This document shows, in pieces, positions 54,749 to 64,000 of a stretch of 64,000 bases of DNA (within the stretch, counting starts at the first letter, position 1; each line of letters starts with the position of its first letter). The position numbers were made by a program, and so were the translations under genes. The notes beneath the pieces were generated by a model that did no database searches, had not been told where the DNA came from, and saw only the letters and a program-made list of their open reading frames with translations. The DNA lies in assembly GCA_964481395.1 (NCBI GenBank), contig CAYZYG010000003.1, forward strand, positions 30,535-94,534, read 5' to 3'. The DNA comes from an uncultured Vicinamibacterales bacterium (GTDB lineage Bacteria > Acidobacteriota > Vicinamibacteria > Vicinamibacterales > JAKQTR01).

Positions 54749-56407
54749 ATGGCTCGTGAGTCGGAAGGACGACGCACGTTTCCGGTGGCGGTCATCGCGC
54801 CGTCGAGCTATGACGGGCAGGGGTACGTGATTCAATGGCGCTACCCCTTCGCGCCCTCGCTCGCGATCGGCTGCATCTACTCCCTTGTGCGGGAGGCCGC
54901 CGACCGCCGGGCCCTCGGACCCGACCTGGATGTCGCGGTCGAGGCCTACGACGAGCCGGGCTCGGTCGTGCCGGTGCGCCGGCTGCTCCGGCGGTTCCGA
55001 AGGGAAGGCCGGGGGCTCGTACTGCTGGCAGGTGTACAGACCTGCCAGTTCCCGCGCGCCGTGGACCTGGCTCGTCCGTTCCGGCAGGAGCGCATCCCGG
55101 TCGTCATGGGCGGACCCCACGTGACCGCGGCCGTCGGCGTCTCGTCGGACTCGCCGCCGGATGTGGCCGCCGCGCAAGAGCTCGGCATTTCGCTCTTCGC
55201 GGGCGAAGCCGAAGGCCGCATGGCCGCGCTGCTCCAGGACGCCGCGCGCGGCGAGTTGAAATCCGTCTACGACTACGTTCAGGATCGGCCCGATCTGCGG
55301 GGGCAGGTGCTCCCGCTCCTTCCGCCCGGCCCTCGACGGGTGTATTACGCCCCGTTCGATGCGGGGCGCGGGTGTCCGTTCGGCTGCGACTTCTGCTCCG
55401 AGCCGGCGATCCAGGGCCATCGGTCCCGGTACCGTGACGCCGACGACGTGGAGCGGATCGTCCGGCACTACCTCGGCATAGGCGTCCGCCATTTCTTCAT
55501 CACGGACGACAACTTCTCGCGCAACGCGAACTGGGAGGCGATTGTCGATCGCCTCATCGCGATGCGGGAGCGGGAAGGGCGGAACATCCGGCTGGCCGTG
55601 CAGGTGGATACCCTGTCCCACACTGTTCCCCGTTTCGTCGAGAAACTCGCACGGGCAGGATGCCGGCGCGCGTTCCTCGGCGTCGAGAGCGTCCGCCAGG
55701 AGAACCTGGATGCCGTCCGCAAGACGCACAACCGCCTCTCGACCTACCAGCAGGTGCTGCGGTCGTGGAGATCTCATGGCGTCATGACGCTGGCCGGCTT
55801 CATCATCGGGTTCCCGGGCGATACCCCCGAGACGATCGCCGACGATATCCGGCGGATTCAGGAGGAGCTGCCCGTCGACCTGCTGTCGGTCACCATCCTC
55901 ACGCCGATCGTGGGGGCCGCCTACGATGCCAGGCTGCGGGAGCAGGGCGTGCCACGGGACCCGGATCTCAACCGGTACGACCACGAGCACGCGACGACGG
56001 CGACACCTGGCATGACGGCGGCCGAACTCCAGGACGCGCTGGAGCGGGCCTGGCGCGCGTACTACAGTCGCGAGCACATCGAGCGGCTGCTCCGGCGAGC
56101 CGTGGCGTCGGGCCTGCCTGTCGATCGTCTGCGGGACGCGATCTGGTGGTTTCACTCCTCCCGCCGGATCGCGGGAGTGAATCCCTACCGCGCAGGTGTC
56201 CTGCGGCGAAAACGACGCGCGACCCGGCGTCCGGGGTTTCCCCGTGAGCTTCCCGTTCTCTTCCACGCTCGACGGGTGTGGGAGGAACTCTCGACGTACG
56301 CGGCGGTCGCGGCCGACGGGCTGCGGCTGGTGGTGATTCAGCGGCGTATCGAAAAGGATCGGCTCAGGAATGAACGGCAACCCGGCGATCGCCGATGGCC
56401 GGCCTGA
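54749..56407 (+). CDS. B12-binding-domain radical SAM protein (class B; HpnR/DUF4070-like architecture)
   Basis: N-terminal B12-binding-like domain (VAVIAPSSYDGQGYVIQWRYPF..., LLAGVQTCQFPRAVDLA, VVMGGPHVT). Radical SAM cluster motif GRGCPFGCDFC. Long C-terminal extension. Confidence 0.8.
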   Translation: MARESEGRRTFPVAVIAPSSYDGQGYVIQWRYPFAPSLAIGCIYSLVREAADRRALGPDLDVAVEAYDEPGSVVPVRRLLRRFRREGRGLVLLAGVQTCQFPRAVDLARPFRQERIPVVMGGPHVTAAVGVSSDSPPDVAAAQELGISLFAGEAEGRMAALLQDAARGELKSVYDYVQDRPDLRGQVLPLLPPGPRRVYYAPFDAGRGCPFGCDFCSEPAIQGHRSRYRDADDVERIVRHYLGIGVRHFFITDDNFSRNANWEAIVDRLIAMREREGRNIRLAVQVDTLSHTVPRFVEKLARAGCRRAFLGVESVRQENLDAVRKTHNRLSTYQQVLRSWRSHGVMTLAGFIIGFPGDTPETIADDIRRIQEELPVDLLSVTILTPIVGAAYDARLREQGVPRDPDLNRYDHEHATTATPGMTAAELQDALERAWRAYYSREHIERLLRRAVASGLPVDRLRDAIWWFHSSRRIAGVNPYRAGVLRRKRRATRRPGFPRELPVLFHARRVWEELSTYAAVAADGLRLVVIQRRIEKDRLRNERQPGDRRWPA

Positions 56408-56444
56408 TGAGCCCCGGATGCGCCGGTTGCGCCGGCCGGCGCGC

Positions 56445-57215
56445 TCAGGGGCCGGGGGGGCGATCCAGGCGCGGTTCCGCCAGCCGCTCGAGAGGCCAGA
56501 CCACGACATCGACCCCGCGTGAGAAATGCAGCAGCGGCGCTCCGCTGGTGCGCAGTCCGTGCGGCTCCAGCAGCAGCTCCGCATCGACCTCGCCCGACGC
56601 CTCTTGCAGCGGCCAGGGCACGTGGTGGACCTCGGCCCGGTACAGCGTTCCGTCGGGCGCCTGCGCGTAGAGACAATACCGTTCCGTGAGAAACGACTCG
56701 AGCGAGCCCGGCGTTGCCTCGAAGACCTCGGACACCGGCCGGTACGCGGCCCGGAACGACACCGACGCCTCGTCGCCCACCCGGCGGGCCGAGAACCCGA
56801 ATGCTCCCGCGCGCGCCGCGATGCCGATCTCGGCCGGGAAGTACGGCAGATGGAAGAACCGTCTCGCGGCCCATACGGCCACGCGGTTCGCGGCGTCGAG
56901 GCTCAGGAACCACACGCCGGGCTTGCCGTCGCGCTCCACGTAGAGCCGCAGGTTGAGCTCGGGAAACGCCGACAGCCAGGGCAGGTCGGGCAGCGGGCGG
57001 CGCATGACGCCAGACATTCGGAACGGCACGACGCCGATCCACGACGTGCCGCCGAACTCCTGCACGCGCAAGCCGCGCGGGACGAGCGGCCGGAGCAGGT
57101 CGGCCGGAACCGGCCAGTGAGCGAAGAGCAGATCCAGCCAGCGCTGGCGCCACGTCCAGCGGCCTCGCGGCGCGGGCCACGGACGATGCTCAGTTCGCGA
57201 GAACGCGATGTGCAT
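56445..57215 (-). CDS. DUF2071 (YqjF-like) family protein
   Basis: WTWRQRWLDLLFAHWPVPADLLRPLVPRGL...FGGTSWIGVVPFRMSGV...FPELNLRLYV is the characteristic DUF2071 N-terminal pattern. Confidence 0.75.
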   Translation of the reverse strand: MHIAFSRTEHRPWPAPRGRWTWRQRWLDLLFAHWPVPADLLRPLVPRGLRVQEFGGTSWIGVVPFRMSGVMRRPLPDLPWLSAFPELNLRLYVERDGKPGVWFLSLDAANRVAVWAARRFFHLPYFPAEIGIAARAGAFGFSARRVGDEASVSFRAAYRPVSEVFEATPGSLESFLTERYCLYAQAPDGTLYRAEVHHVPWPLQEASGEVDAELLLEPHGLRTSGAPLLHFSRGVDVVVWPLERLAEPRLDRPPGP

Positions 57216-57235
57216 GCAGGGTCCAGCGGAGCGCG

Positions 57236-57574
57236 TCAGTCTCCGACACGGCTCCAGAACTCGATGGGGACGCCCCGCTCCTCGAGGAAGCTCTTGGAGG
57301 CGCAGCGGTCGTCGTCACGGAATCGGCCGGCCAGCAGCGACAGGACATCGTCGCCACTTCTGCCTCCGAGCGCGGCGACAAGGCTCGGGATGTGTGGCGC
57401 GCGCACCGTGATGATCCACTCGTACTCCGACGACCCGGCGCCCCAGAACGAGGCGACGCCGGGGCCGAGATCCTGCCCCTCGATGAGCAGGTCCCCGTTC
57501 GCGTCCACGCGCGCCCACAGCCGACGGACGTCATGTCCCGTGTGGTCCTCTCGAAGCGTGATGGCAGTTGGCAT
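57236..57574 (-). CDS. Small hypothetical protein (112 aa), co-oriented 20 nt upstream of the DUF2071 gene
   Basis: Ordinary composition (EYEWIITVRAPHIPSLVAALGG..., FLEERGVPIEFWSRV). No family recognised. Confidence 0.45.
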   Translation of the reverse strand: MPTAITLREDHTGHDVRRLWARVDANGDLLIEGQDLGPGVASFWGAGSSEYEWIITVRAPHIPSLVAALGGRSGDDVLSLLAGRFRDDDRCASKSFLEERGVPIEFWSRVGD

Positions 57575-57897
57575 ACCGACCTGGATGGCACTCTAAACCC
57601 CGGACTCCCGCGTCGTCAACGAAGCGCCCGGTGACGTCCGGTGACGTTCGATGCTCCGAGTTGATGGCGCGATCCGAAGTGCGCTCTAATAGCTGCCGGG
57701 GCAAGCGGCTGGGCTGCCGGCGCGCCTCGACTGCAGACGCGGAACACGGCCGGGACGTCCGACCCAGTGCGCCATGGTTGGCCCTGCCACGGGGTACCCG
57801 TCCGGAGGCTGGCCCGGAGATGAATGGGGAGCAGAAGACGATTCCCGCGCGACGGCCAGGCGCGCAGCGCCGTCTGGCTTCGCGAGGAGACACGATC

Positions 57898-58431
57898 ATG
57901 GGACGTTCGTTCGGCATGAGTACCGCGTGGCTGCTGGCCGCGCTGATCGTGAGCACGGGGCAGGCGCAGGACAAGGGCGCCGCTCCGAAGATGTCGGCCG
58001 TGCCCCAGACGGCCGAGTGGAAGCGTCTCGGTTCCCTCGTCGGGAGCTGGGAGGGCACGATGGCCCAGGGCGGTCAGAGCATGCCCGCGACCGTCGATGT
58101 CAGGATGACGGGCGACGGATCGGCCATCATGCACGTGCTCGGCCGCGACACGCCCCACGAGATGGTGACGATGATCCATCCGGACGGGAAGCGGCTGTTG
58201 GCGACGCACTACTGCGCCGCGCACAACCAGCCGCGCATGGCGCTCGTACCCTCGTCTTCGCCGAACCAGGTGGCGTTCGACTTCCTGGACGGCACGAACA
58301 TCGCGCCGGGCGACACCCACATGCGGAGCGTGGTGTTCACCTTCATCGACGCGGATCACCACACCGAGGCGTGGACCAGCTCCGAGAGCCGCGAGCCGGC
58401 CGTGTTCACGTTCACGCGCAAGAAGACGTAG
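57898..58431 (+). CDS. Secreted small beta-barrel-type protein (DUF1579-like)
   Basis: ATG at 57898 after GAGGAGA. Signal peptide MSTAWLLAALIVSTGQAQ. Pattern LVGSWEGTM...HPDGKRLLATHYCAAHNQPRM...FTFID. Confidence 0.5.
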   Translation: MGRSFGMSTAWLLAALIVSTGQAQDKGAAPKMSAVPQTAEWKRLGSLVGSWEGTMAQGGQSMPATVDVRMTGDGSAIMHVLGRDTPHEMVTMIHPDGKRLLATHYCAAHNQPRMALVPSSSPNQVAFDFLDGTNIAPGDTHMRSVVFTFIDADHHTEAWTSSESREPAVFTFTRKKT

Positions 58432-58470
58432 CCGGCGGACGGGAAGGTTTGCGCCGGGGGACTGAACATC

Positions 58471-58725
58471 GTGGTCGCGATCCCGGAAGATGTCGAAGAG
58501 TATCGGGACGAGCGGTGGTGCCGCGACACCACGCGAGCCGTCGCGACGGCGGATGACGCGGAGCGCTTCGTCGAGCAGGTCGGCTTCTGCGCCTGCCTCA
58601 CCGACTCGCGGCGTCCAGGCCCGTCCCTGTACGTGGCCGTCTGCGGGCGGCGCGATGCGGTGATGCCCCGGGCCGTGCAGAAGGACCCGGAGTCCTCCCT
58701 CACGTGGCGCGCGTCCCGCTCGTAG
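58471..58725 (+). CDS. Short hypothetical ORF, possibly a truncated gene
   Basis: 84 aa. The central part ([45 protein letters not shown]) looks protein-like and the tail does not. It ends just before the esterase promoter-like box. Confidence 0.3.
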   Translation: MVAIPEDVEEYRDERWCRDTTRAVATADDAERFVEQVGFCACLTDSRRPGPSLYVAVCGRRDAVMPRAVQKDPESSLTWRASRS

Positions 58726-58753
58726 CCAGCCCAGGCGCAGGGCGGACGACGTC

Positions 58754-58762
58754 TGGTATACA
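58754..58762 (+). promoter_or_regulatory. Extended -10-like box TGGTATACA 8 nt upstream of the esterase ATG (would give a leaderless or near-leaderless mRNA)
   Basis: Compare TGnTATAAT. No Shine-Dalgarno lies between the box and the ATG at 58771. The same box is conserved in the ghost copy at 54526-54534. Confidence 0.35.
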
Positions 58763-58770
58763 CTTCGCGC

Positions 58771-60471
58771 ATGTCCCGCACGAATCTCAGCGTCGCCCTG
58801 ATCGTGGCCGGTGGCTTGGCCGCCGGTGCCGTCAGCCTCGATTCGCGTGCGCCGAAGCCGCTGCGCATCGCCGTGTCGTTTCCCGCCAGCCTCGAATCGC
58901 AGCCGCTCGACGGCCGGATGCTGCTCGCGATCTCGCGGCGCGACACGCCGCCGCCGCTCCGGGCACAGATGACCGGTCCGAACGCGCAGCCGATGTTCGG
59001 CCTCGACGTGGACGGGCTGAAGCCCGGACAGGCCGCCGTCTTCGACGCGGGCACGCGCGGGTGGCCCGTCGAGAGCCTGCGCGACATCCCCGCGGGCGAC
59101 TACTTCGTGCAGGCCGCGCTCAACGTCTACACCACGGTGACGCGCGCCGACGGGCACACCATCAAGGTCCACCTCGACCAGTGGGAGGGGCAGAACTTCC
59201 GCACCTCGCCCGGCAACCTCTTCAGTCGTGTCGAGAAGGCCCGCATCGACCCGCAGGCCGGCGGCACGATCAGCATCAGCCTGGCCACGAAGAACCCGCC
59301 CATCGAGCCGCCGAAGGACACGAAGTACGTCAAGCACCTGAAGTTCCGCAGCGAGATGCTCAGCAGGTGGTGGGGTACCGACATCTACCTCGGCGCCGTC
59401 GTCGTCCTGCCGGAGGGCTGGGCGGAGCACCCGGAAGCGAAGTACCCCGTCATCTACAACCAGGGGCATTTCCCGAGGACCTTCAGCGGGTTCCGCGAGT
59501 CGCCGCCCGACCCGGCCGCCACCGGGCGGGTGCAAACGCAACAGGAGGGCGCGTACCGGTTCTATCAGGATTGGGTGGCGGGGAAGATGGGCCGCGTCAT
59601 CATCGTGCTCATCCAGCATCCGACGCCCTACTACGACGATTCCTATGCCGTGAACTCGGCGAACAACGGGCCGTACGGCGACGCGCTCTGGCAGGAGTTC
59701 GTCCCGCGCGTCGAGCGCGAGTTCCGCGGCATCGGCGAACCGTGGGCGCGCATGACGTACGGCGGGTCGACCGGCGGCTGGGAGTCGCTGGCGTGGCAGA
59801 TCTTCTACCCCGACCGTCTCAACGGCACGTGGACGTTCTGTCCCGATCCCGTGGACTTCCGCTACTTCCAGCTCGTCAACATCTACGAGGACGAGAACGC
59901 GTTCTACCCGAACAGCGAGTGGCGGAAGACCCCGCTGCGCCCGTGGTCGCGCGGACTCGACGACCAGACGATGAACTCGCAGTTTGACGCGAGCCGGTAC
60001 GAAGAGGTGCTGGGCACCCGAGGGCGGTCGGGCGAACAGATGGACATCTTCATGGCGGTCTTCGGCCCGGTGGGTCCGGACGGCTATCCGAAGCTGCTCT
60101 ACGACAAGTGGACGGGCGCGATCGACCGGTCGGTGGCCGAGTACTGGCGCGAGCACTACGATCTGCGCCACATCCTCGAGCGCGACTGGAAGACGCTCGG
60201 CCCGAAGCTCGTCGGGAAGCTCCACATCTACATGGGAGATCAGGACACGTTCCTGCTCGAGGAAGCCACCTTCAAGCTGCAGGAGTTCCTGGAGAGGACG
60301 GCAGACCCCTACTACGGCGGCTCGTTCGACATCGGCCGGCGCCAGCCGCACTGCTACTCGGGCGAGCCCGCGTTCCCCGGTCAGCGGGCCGAGCAGCGGG
60401 TCTTTCCGCAGATGGTGGAGCGGATGCTGATGACCGCGCCGGCCGGCGCGGACCTGTCGTGGCGGTACTGA
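58771..60471 (+). CDS. Secreted alpha/beta-hydrolase, putative esterase family (enterochelin-esterase/esterase-D-like)
   Basis: Signal/TM start MSRTNLSVALIVAGGLAAGAV. N-terminal beta-sandwich-like region. Nucleophile elbow YGGSTGGWESLAWQIFYPD. 566 aa. Confidence 0.7.
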   Translation: MSRTNLSVALIVAGGLAAGAVSLDSRAPKPLRIAVSFPASLESQPLDGRMLLAISRRDTPPPLRAQMTGPNAQPMFGLDVDGLKPGQAAVFDAGTRGWPVESLRDIPAGDYFVQAALNVYTTVTRADGHTIKVHLDQWEGQNFRTSPGNLFSRVEKARIDPQAGGTISISLATKNPPIEPPKDTKYVKHLKFRSEMLSRWWGTDIYLGAVVVLPEGWAEHPEAKYPVIYNQGHFPRTFSGFRESPPDPAATGRVQTQQEGAYRFYQDWVAGKMGRVIIVLIQHPTPYYDDSYAVNSANNGPYGDALWQEFVPRVEREFRGIGEPWARMTYGGSTGGWESLAWQIFYPDRLNGTWTFCPDPVDFRYFQLVNIYEDENAFYPNSEWRKTPLRPWSRGLDDQTMNSQFDASRYEEVLGTRGRSGEQMDIFMAVFGPVGPDGYPKLLYDKWTGAIDRSVAEYWREHYDLRHILERDWKTLGPKLVGKLHIYMGDQDTFLLEEATFKLQEFLERTADPYYGGSFDIGRRQPHCYSGEPAFPGQRAEQRVFPQMVERMLMTAPAGADLSWRY

Positions 60472-60770
60472 CGCCGGCTATTGCCCGAGCAGCGTCAGCG
60501 CGTGCCCGACCGCGCCGCCGAGGTAGCACACCGCCAGCGCCGCCAGGCCGGCGGCTTCGACTATCGACACCCATGTCCGCATGCGCGCGCGCCAGCCGTC
60601 AGGCCGTGCGCGGCGGCGGGCCAGCGCCGCGAGGCAGCGCTGGCGGGTGCGCTCGGCACGCCTGTTGTCGCTGCGGTGGTCGGGCAGCGCCCAGAGGGGT
60701 TCGACCCACCGTTCCGGGCGCGGCGTGCCGCGCCGCGCGCACCGTATCGTGCCGCACGGAGAGGATCGCG

Positions 60771-61976
60771 ATGATGCATGACCGACGCGAGCCAGGCCGA
60801 CGACGACTCAGCGCCATCCTGGCGTTCGGCTGCGTGACGATCGTGTTGTCGGCGGCCCCGGCCAAGCAGGCGGCGCACACGGGTGGGCCGGTGCCGTCGC
60901 TGCAAGGGCCTGCGCGGCCGGCGGACCTGATCGGCCGCGCGGTGCAGTCCGCATTCGAACGGAGTGGCGTGGCGGCCGCTTCGGTCGCGCTCGTCGGTCC
61001 CGGCGGGCTGCTCTACACGCGAACGATCGGCACGCGTGCGGGCGGAGACACGAGTCCTGCCGACGAGCGCACCGTGTTCCGGGCCGCGTCGCTCGGCAAG
61101 TCGGTTTTCGCCTACCTCGTCTTTACGCTGGTGCGCGACGGGCGGCTCGACCTCGACAGGCCGCTCCACGAGTACCTGCCCAAACCGCTCGCGGAGTACC
61201 CGGAGTACGCCGACCTCGACGGCGACATCCGCTATCGGGCGATTACCGCCCGCATCGCCTTGTCACACCGGACGGGCTTTCCCAACTGGCGCTGGCAGAC
61301 GAAGGACCGGAAGCTGCGTTTCCTGTTCACCCCGGGCGAGCAGTTCCTCTATTCGGGGGAGGGGTACCGTTACCTGCAGTTCGTGGTGGAGCACATCGCG
61401 GGCACGGACCTCGAGACGCTGGCCCGCGACCGCGTGTTTCGTCCGCTGGGCATGGCGCGCAGCAGCTACGCGTGGCAGGAAGAGTACGGGACGAACTGCG
61501 CGATCGATCGCGGGCCGATCGAGCGGATGCTCGGTCCCGACATCCTGAAGCGACCGAACTGCGCGGGTTCTCTCCTCACGACGGCCGCCGACTACGGGCG
61601 GTTTCTCGCCGCCATGCTGGGGAGCGCCGCTCTTCCGGCACGGCTGCGCGACGAGATGCTCGGGCCAGAGACGGCCGTGGCCGGCGAGCACTTGTTCGGT
61701 CCTCCCGTGCCCGCTGCGCCAGCGCGCGGGGCCGAGCCGGATCGCTTCTGGTGCCTCGGTTGGGGCGGGTTTCGCAGCGCCGCGGGCGTTGTCCGGTTCC
61801 ACGTCGGCTACGACTCGCCGGAGTTCGAGAACTACGCGGTCCTGTACCTCGACCAGGGCCTCGGCCTGGTCGTGCTGACCGCCGGGGGGCTTGGCCCGGC
61901 CGCCTCAGTCCCGTCGTTCGTCGAGGCCGTGATCGGACCGACCGACACCCCCTTCGCCTGGGCGGGCTACGAATAG
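60771..61976 (+). CDS. Beta-lactamase-fold serine hydrolase
   Basis: Start trimmed to MMHDRREPGRRRLSAILAFGCVTIVLSAAPA after GGAGAGGA. SxxK motif SLGKSVF. YSGEGY. HVGYDSP. Confidence 0.85.
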   Translation: MMHDRREPGRRRLSAILAFGCVTIVLSAAPAKQAAHTGGPVPSLQGPARPADLIGRAVQSAFERSGVAAASVALVGPGGLLYTRTIGTRAGGDTSPADERTVFRAASLGKSVFAYLVFTLVRDGRLDLDRPLHEYLPKPLAEYPEYADLDGDIRYRAITARIALSHRTGFPNWRWQTKDRKLRFLFTPGEQFLYSGEGYRYLQFVVEHIAGTDLETLARDRVFRPLGMARSSYAWQEEYGTNCAIDRGPIERMLGPDILKRPNCAGSLLTTAADYGRFLAAMLGSAALPARLRDEMLGPETAVAGEHLFGPPVPAAPARGAEPDRFWCLGWGGFRSAAGVVRFHVGYDSPEFENYAVLYLDQGLGLVVLTAGGLGPAASVPSFVEAVIGPTDTPFAWAGYE

Positions 61977-62008
61977 GCCGCAGGCGCGGGCCGCCGCCGT
62001 TCTGCCGC

Positions 62009-64000
62009 TCACTCCGTTCTGAGCGCGCCGACGACGTCGGTCCGCATCGCCCGCCACGCGGGCACGAGGCTGGCGAGCGCGGCCGCGGCGAGGAGCCCGG
62101 CGAGCACGGCCGACAGCGTGGCGGGGTCCGTCGGGGCGACGCCGAACAGCAGCGACGCGATCAGGCGCGCGAGCGCCAGCGCGGCCGCCAGTCCGATCGC
62201 GGCCCCGAGGGCCGCCAGGCCGACGCCCTCGCGCACGAACATCCAGAGCACGTCGCGCGGCCGGGCGCCGTGGGCCATCCGCACGCCGATCTCGAACTTC
62301 CGCTGAGAGACCCGGTAGGCGAGCAGGCCGTAGAGGCCGATGGCGGCCAGGAAGAGCGCCGCCGTCCCGAAGGCGGCGAGCAGGATCATGGAGAACCGCT
62401 CGCGCGCCGTCGCCTGCGCCACGAAGTCCTCGAGCGTGCGGATCTGGCCGATGGGCACGGCCGGATCGATCCTCCGCACCGCCTCGCGAAGCGCCGACGT
62501 GACCATCGCCGGATCGCCGGCGGTGCGGACGATCACGACCATCCCCGAGAACGTCCGCTGGCCGTACGGATCGTAGACCTGCGCCGTCGTGTCGTCGCGC
62601 AGCCCGTACTGACGCGTGTCGCCGACCACACCGACGATCTCGCGCCAGGCATCACCTCCGCCCATGTCCACCTGGATGCGTCGCCCCAGGGGATCGTCGC
62701 CAGGAAAATACTGTCGCGCGAAGGTCTCGTTGACGAGGCACACGCGGGGCGCGTCGGGGCCGTCCCGCTCGGTGAAGAGGCGGCCGCGGACCAGGCGGAT
62801 GCCCATGGCGGGAAAGTAGCCCGGGCTGACGGAGTAGTAGTTCACCGACGGACGCTCGGCTGCCGGGACGATCGGGCGGCCTTCGATCGAGAGCGAGGTC
62901 ACGAAGTCGTCGCTGAACGGCAGGCCCGCCGTCGCGCCCGCCGCTGAGATGCCCGGCGCGTGGGACACGCGCTCGATGAGCTCCTGGTAGAAGCGGTAGG
63001 CGTCCGCGTCTTCCGGGTACCCGGCTGCCGGCAGCGCGAATCGCGCGGTAACGGCCTGGGCCGCCACGAACCCCGGGTCAACCCGCAGCAGGGTCTGGAA
63101 CGTACGCGCCAGCAGACCGGCGCCGACGAGCAGGATGGCGGCGAGCGCGACCTCGGTGACGATGAGCAGGCGGCCCGTGCGGCGGCGGATCACGGCATGC
63201 CCGGCCCTGCCGCCCGTGTTCAGGGCGTCGGCCAGATCGGCCTTCGACATCTGCAGCGACGGCACGAGGGCGAAGAGCAGCGGGGTGATCACCGCCAGCA
63301 CCAGCGCGCAGGCGACGGCGGGCGCGCTCACGCCGATCTCGGCGGCGCGCGGCAGGGCCGTGGGCACGAGCGTCAGGAGCGTGCGGAGCAGCCCGTGCGC
63401 GAGCAGCAGCCCGAACGCGCCGCCCGCCAGCGCGAGCACGCCGGCTTCGGCGAGCAGTTGCCGCACGATCCGCGCGCGTCCGGCGCCGAGCGCCGACCTG
63501 ATGGCCAGCTCCCGGCGGCGCCCCAGTCCGCGCACCAGGAACAGGTTGGCGACGTTCGCGCAGGCGACGAGCAGCACGAGGCCCACCGCGCCGAGCAGCA
63601 TCAGGAGCGCCGGCCGCACTTCGCTCACGAACGCATCGCCCAGCGGCACGGGGAGCGCCCGCCAGTCCTTGTTCGAGCCGGGGTGTTCGGCCTGCAGGCG
63701 GCGCGAGATCGTCTCGAGGTCGGCTGCGGCCTGTTCGAAGGTCACGCCCGGCTTCATCCGCCCGACGCTTCGCATGTAATGCGACCCGTACTGCTGCCGC
63801 TGGTCGGCGGTGAACGCCACCGGCACCCAGAGCGCGGTGTCGCGATGGAGCAGCTGCATCGACGCCGGGGCGATCCCGATCACGGTGTGTGGCACGCCGT
63901 TGAGCGTGACGGTGCGTCCGACGACGTTCGGCTCGCCGCCGAAGCGCCGCTGCCAGGTCTCGTAAGCCAGGATGACGACGGGCAATGCCCCCGGGGCATC
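62009..64000 (-). CDS. ADOP/MacB-like permease, partial (N-terminus outside window)
   Basis: The frame is open to the window end. MacB periplasmic domain and two FtsX modules. Ends ...VVGALRTE. Confidence 0.85.
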   Translation of the reverse strand, partial: DAPGALPVVILAYETWQRRFGGEPNVVGRTVTLNGVPHTVIGIAPASMQLLHRDTALWVPVAFTADQRQQYGSHYMRSVGRMKPGVTFEQAAADLETISRRLQAEHPGSNKDWRALPVPLGDAFVSEVRPALLMLLGAVGLVLLVACANVANLFLVRGLGRRRELAIRSALGAGRARIVRQLLAEAGVLALAGGAFGLLLAHGLLRTLLTLVPTALPRAAEIGVSAPAVACALVLAVITPLLFALVPSLQMSKADLADALNTGGRAGHAVIRRRTGRLLIVTEVALAAILLVGAGLLARTFQTLLRVDPGFVAAQAVTARFALPAAGYPEDADAYRFYQELIERVSHAPGISAAGATAGLPFSDDFVTSLSIEGRPIVPAAERPSVNYYSVSPGYFPAMGIRLVRGRLFTERDGPDAPRVCLVNETFARQYFPGDDPLGRRIQVDMGGGDAWREIVGVVGDTRQYGLRDDTTAQVYDPYGQRTFSGMVVIVRTAGDPAMVTSALREAVRRIDPAVPIGQIRTLEDFVAQATARERFSMILLAAFGTAALFLAAIGLYGLLAYRVSQRKFEIGVRMAHGARPRDVLWMFVREGVGLAALGAAIGLAAALALARLIASLLFGVAPTDPATLSAVLAGLLAAAALASLVPAWRAMRTDVVGALRTE

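Noticed and set aside
57616-60351. 911-aa minus-strand ORF
   Set aside because: It is antisense to the esterase and to the DUF1579-like gene. Its composition is dominated by R, A, G, P, L and V with no motifs. It is a high-GC artefact.
60478-60582. 34-codon hydrophobic minus-strand ORF (MRTWVSIVEAAGLAALAVCYLGGAVGHALTLLGQ) between the esterase and serine hydrolase genes
   Set aside because: It is too short to distinguish from chance in GC-rich DNA, no SD is seen, and the frame stays open upstream. It was noted only as a possible small membrane peptide.
1-64000. Mobile genetic elements, prophage, integrative island or a canonical multi-gene defence island
   Set aside because: No transposase, integrase, recombinase, phage structural gene, tRNA attachment site or long terminal repeat was seen. 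The only rearrangement signals are the truncated genes and gene remnants reported above.

Overview
High-GC (about 70%) chromosomal segment whose gene content points to Acidobacteriota. It carries four MacB-like 'ADOP' duplicated permeases, a PadR partner, a CarboxypepD_reg-type TonB-dependent receptor and a TIGR03436-like vWA protein. All family calls come from motif recognition by eye; no searches were run. I support about 50 coding regions. They include a DevBCA-like ABC efflux operon, a pentaheme cytochrome c, two ECF sigma/anti-sigma pairs and an S9 peptidase. There is also a beta-oxidation pair, ilvE, a 5'-nucleotidase, two beta-lactamase-fold serine hydrolases, a Ser/Thr kinase with TPR repeats, a BlaI/BlaR1 pair and a B12-radical SAM enzyme. 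No rRNA, tRNA, CRISPR array, transposase or integrase was seen. The items most worth a second look are these. (1) An orphan glycyl-radical enzyme plus activase cassette sits between decayed genes. (2) A single-chain fusion joins a catalytically degenerate MNT-like domain to an intact HepT/DUF86 HEPN toxin domain, with a 23-bp palindrome at its ribosome-binding site; a separate two-gene MNT/HEPN pair lies elsewhere in the window. (3) A 165-bp internally deleted ghost copy of an esterase gene keeps its promoter-like box and start codon and lies directly upstream of the B12-radical SAM gene. (4) A BlaI/BlaR1 module has its sensor domain replaced by a Lys/Glu coiled coil and is divergent from an ADOP permease across an AT-rich region with a perfect 7-4-7 palindrome. 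(5) A TraR/DksA zinc finger is fused to a SpoIIE phosphatase. Three genes appear interrupted (one in-frame TGA, two frameshifts), so either gene decay or assembly error must be considered. Many long ORFs in the supplied track are antisense artefacts of high GC and were discarded.
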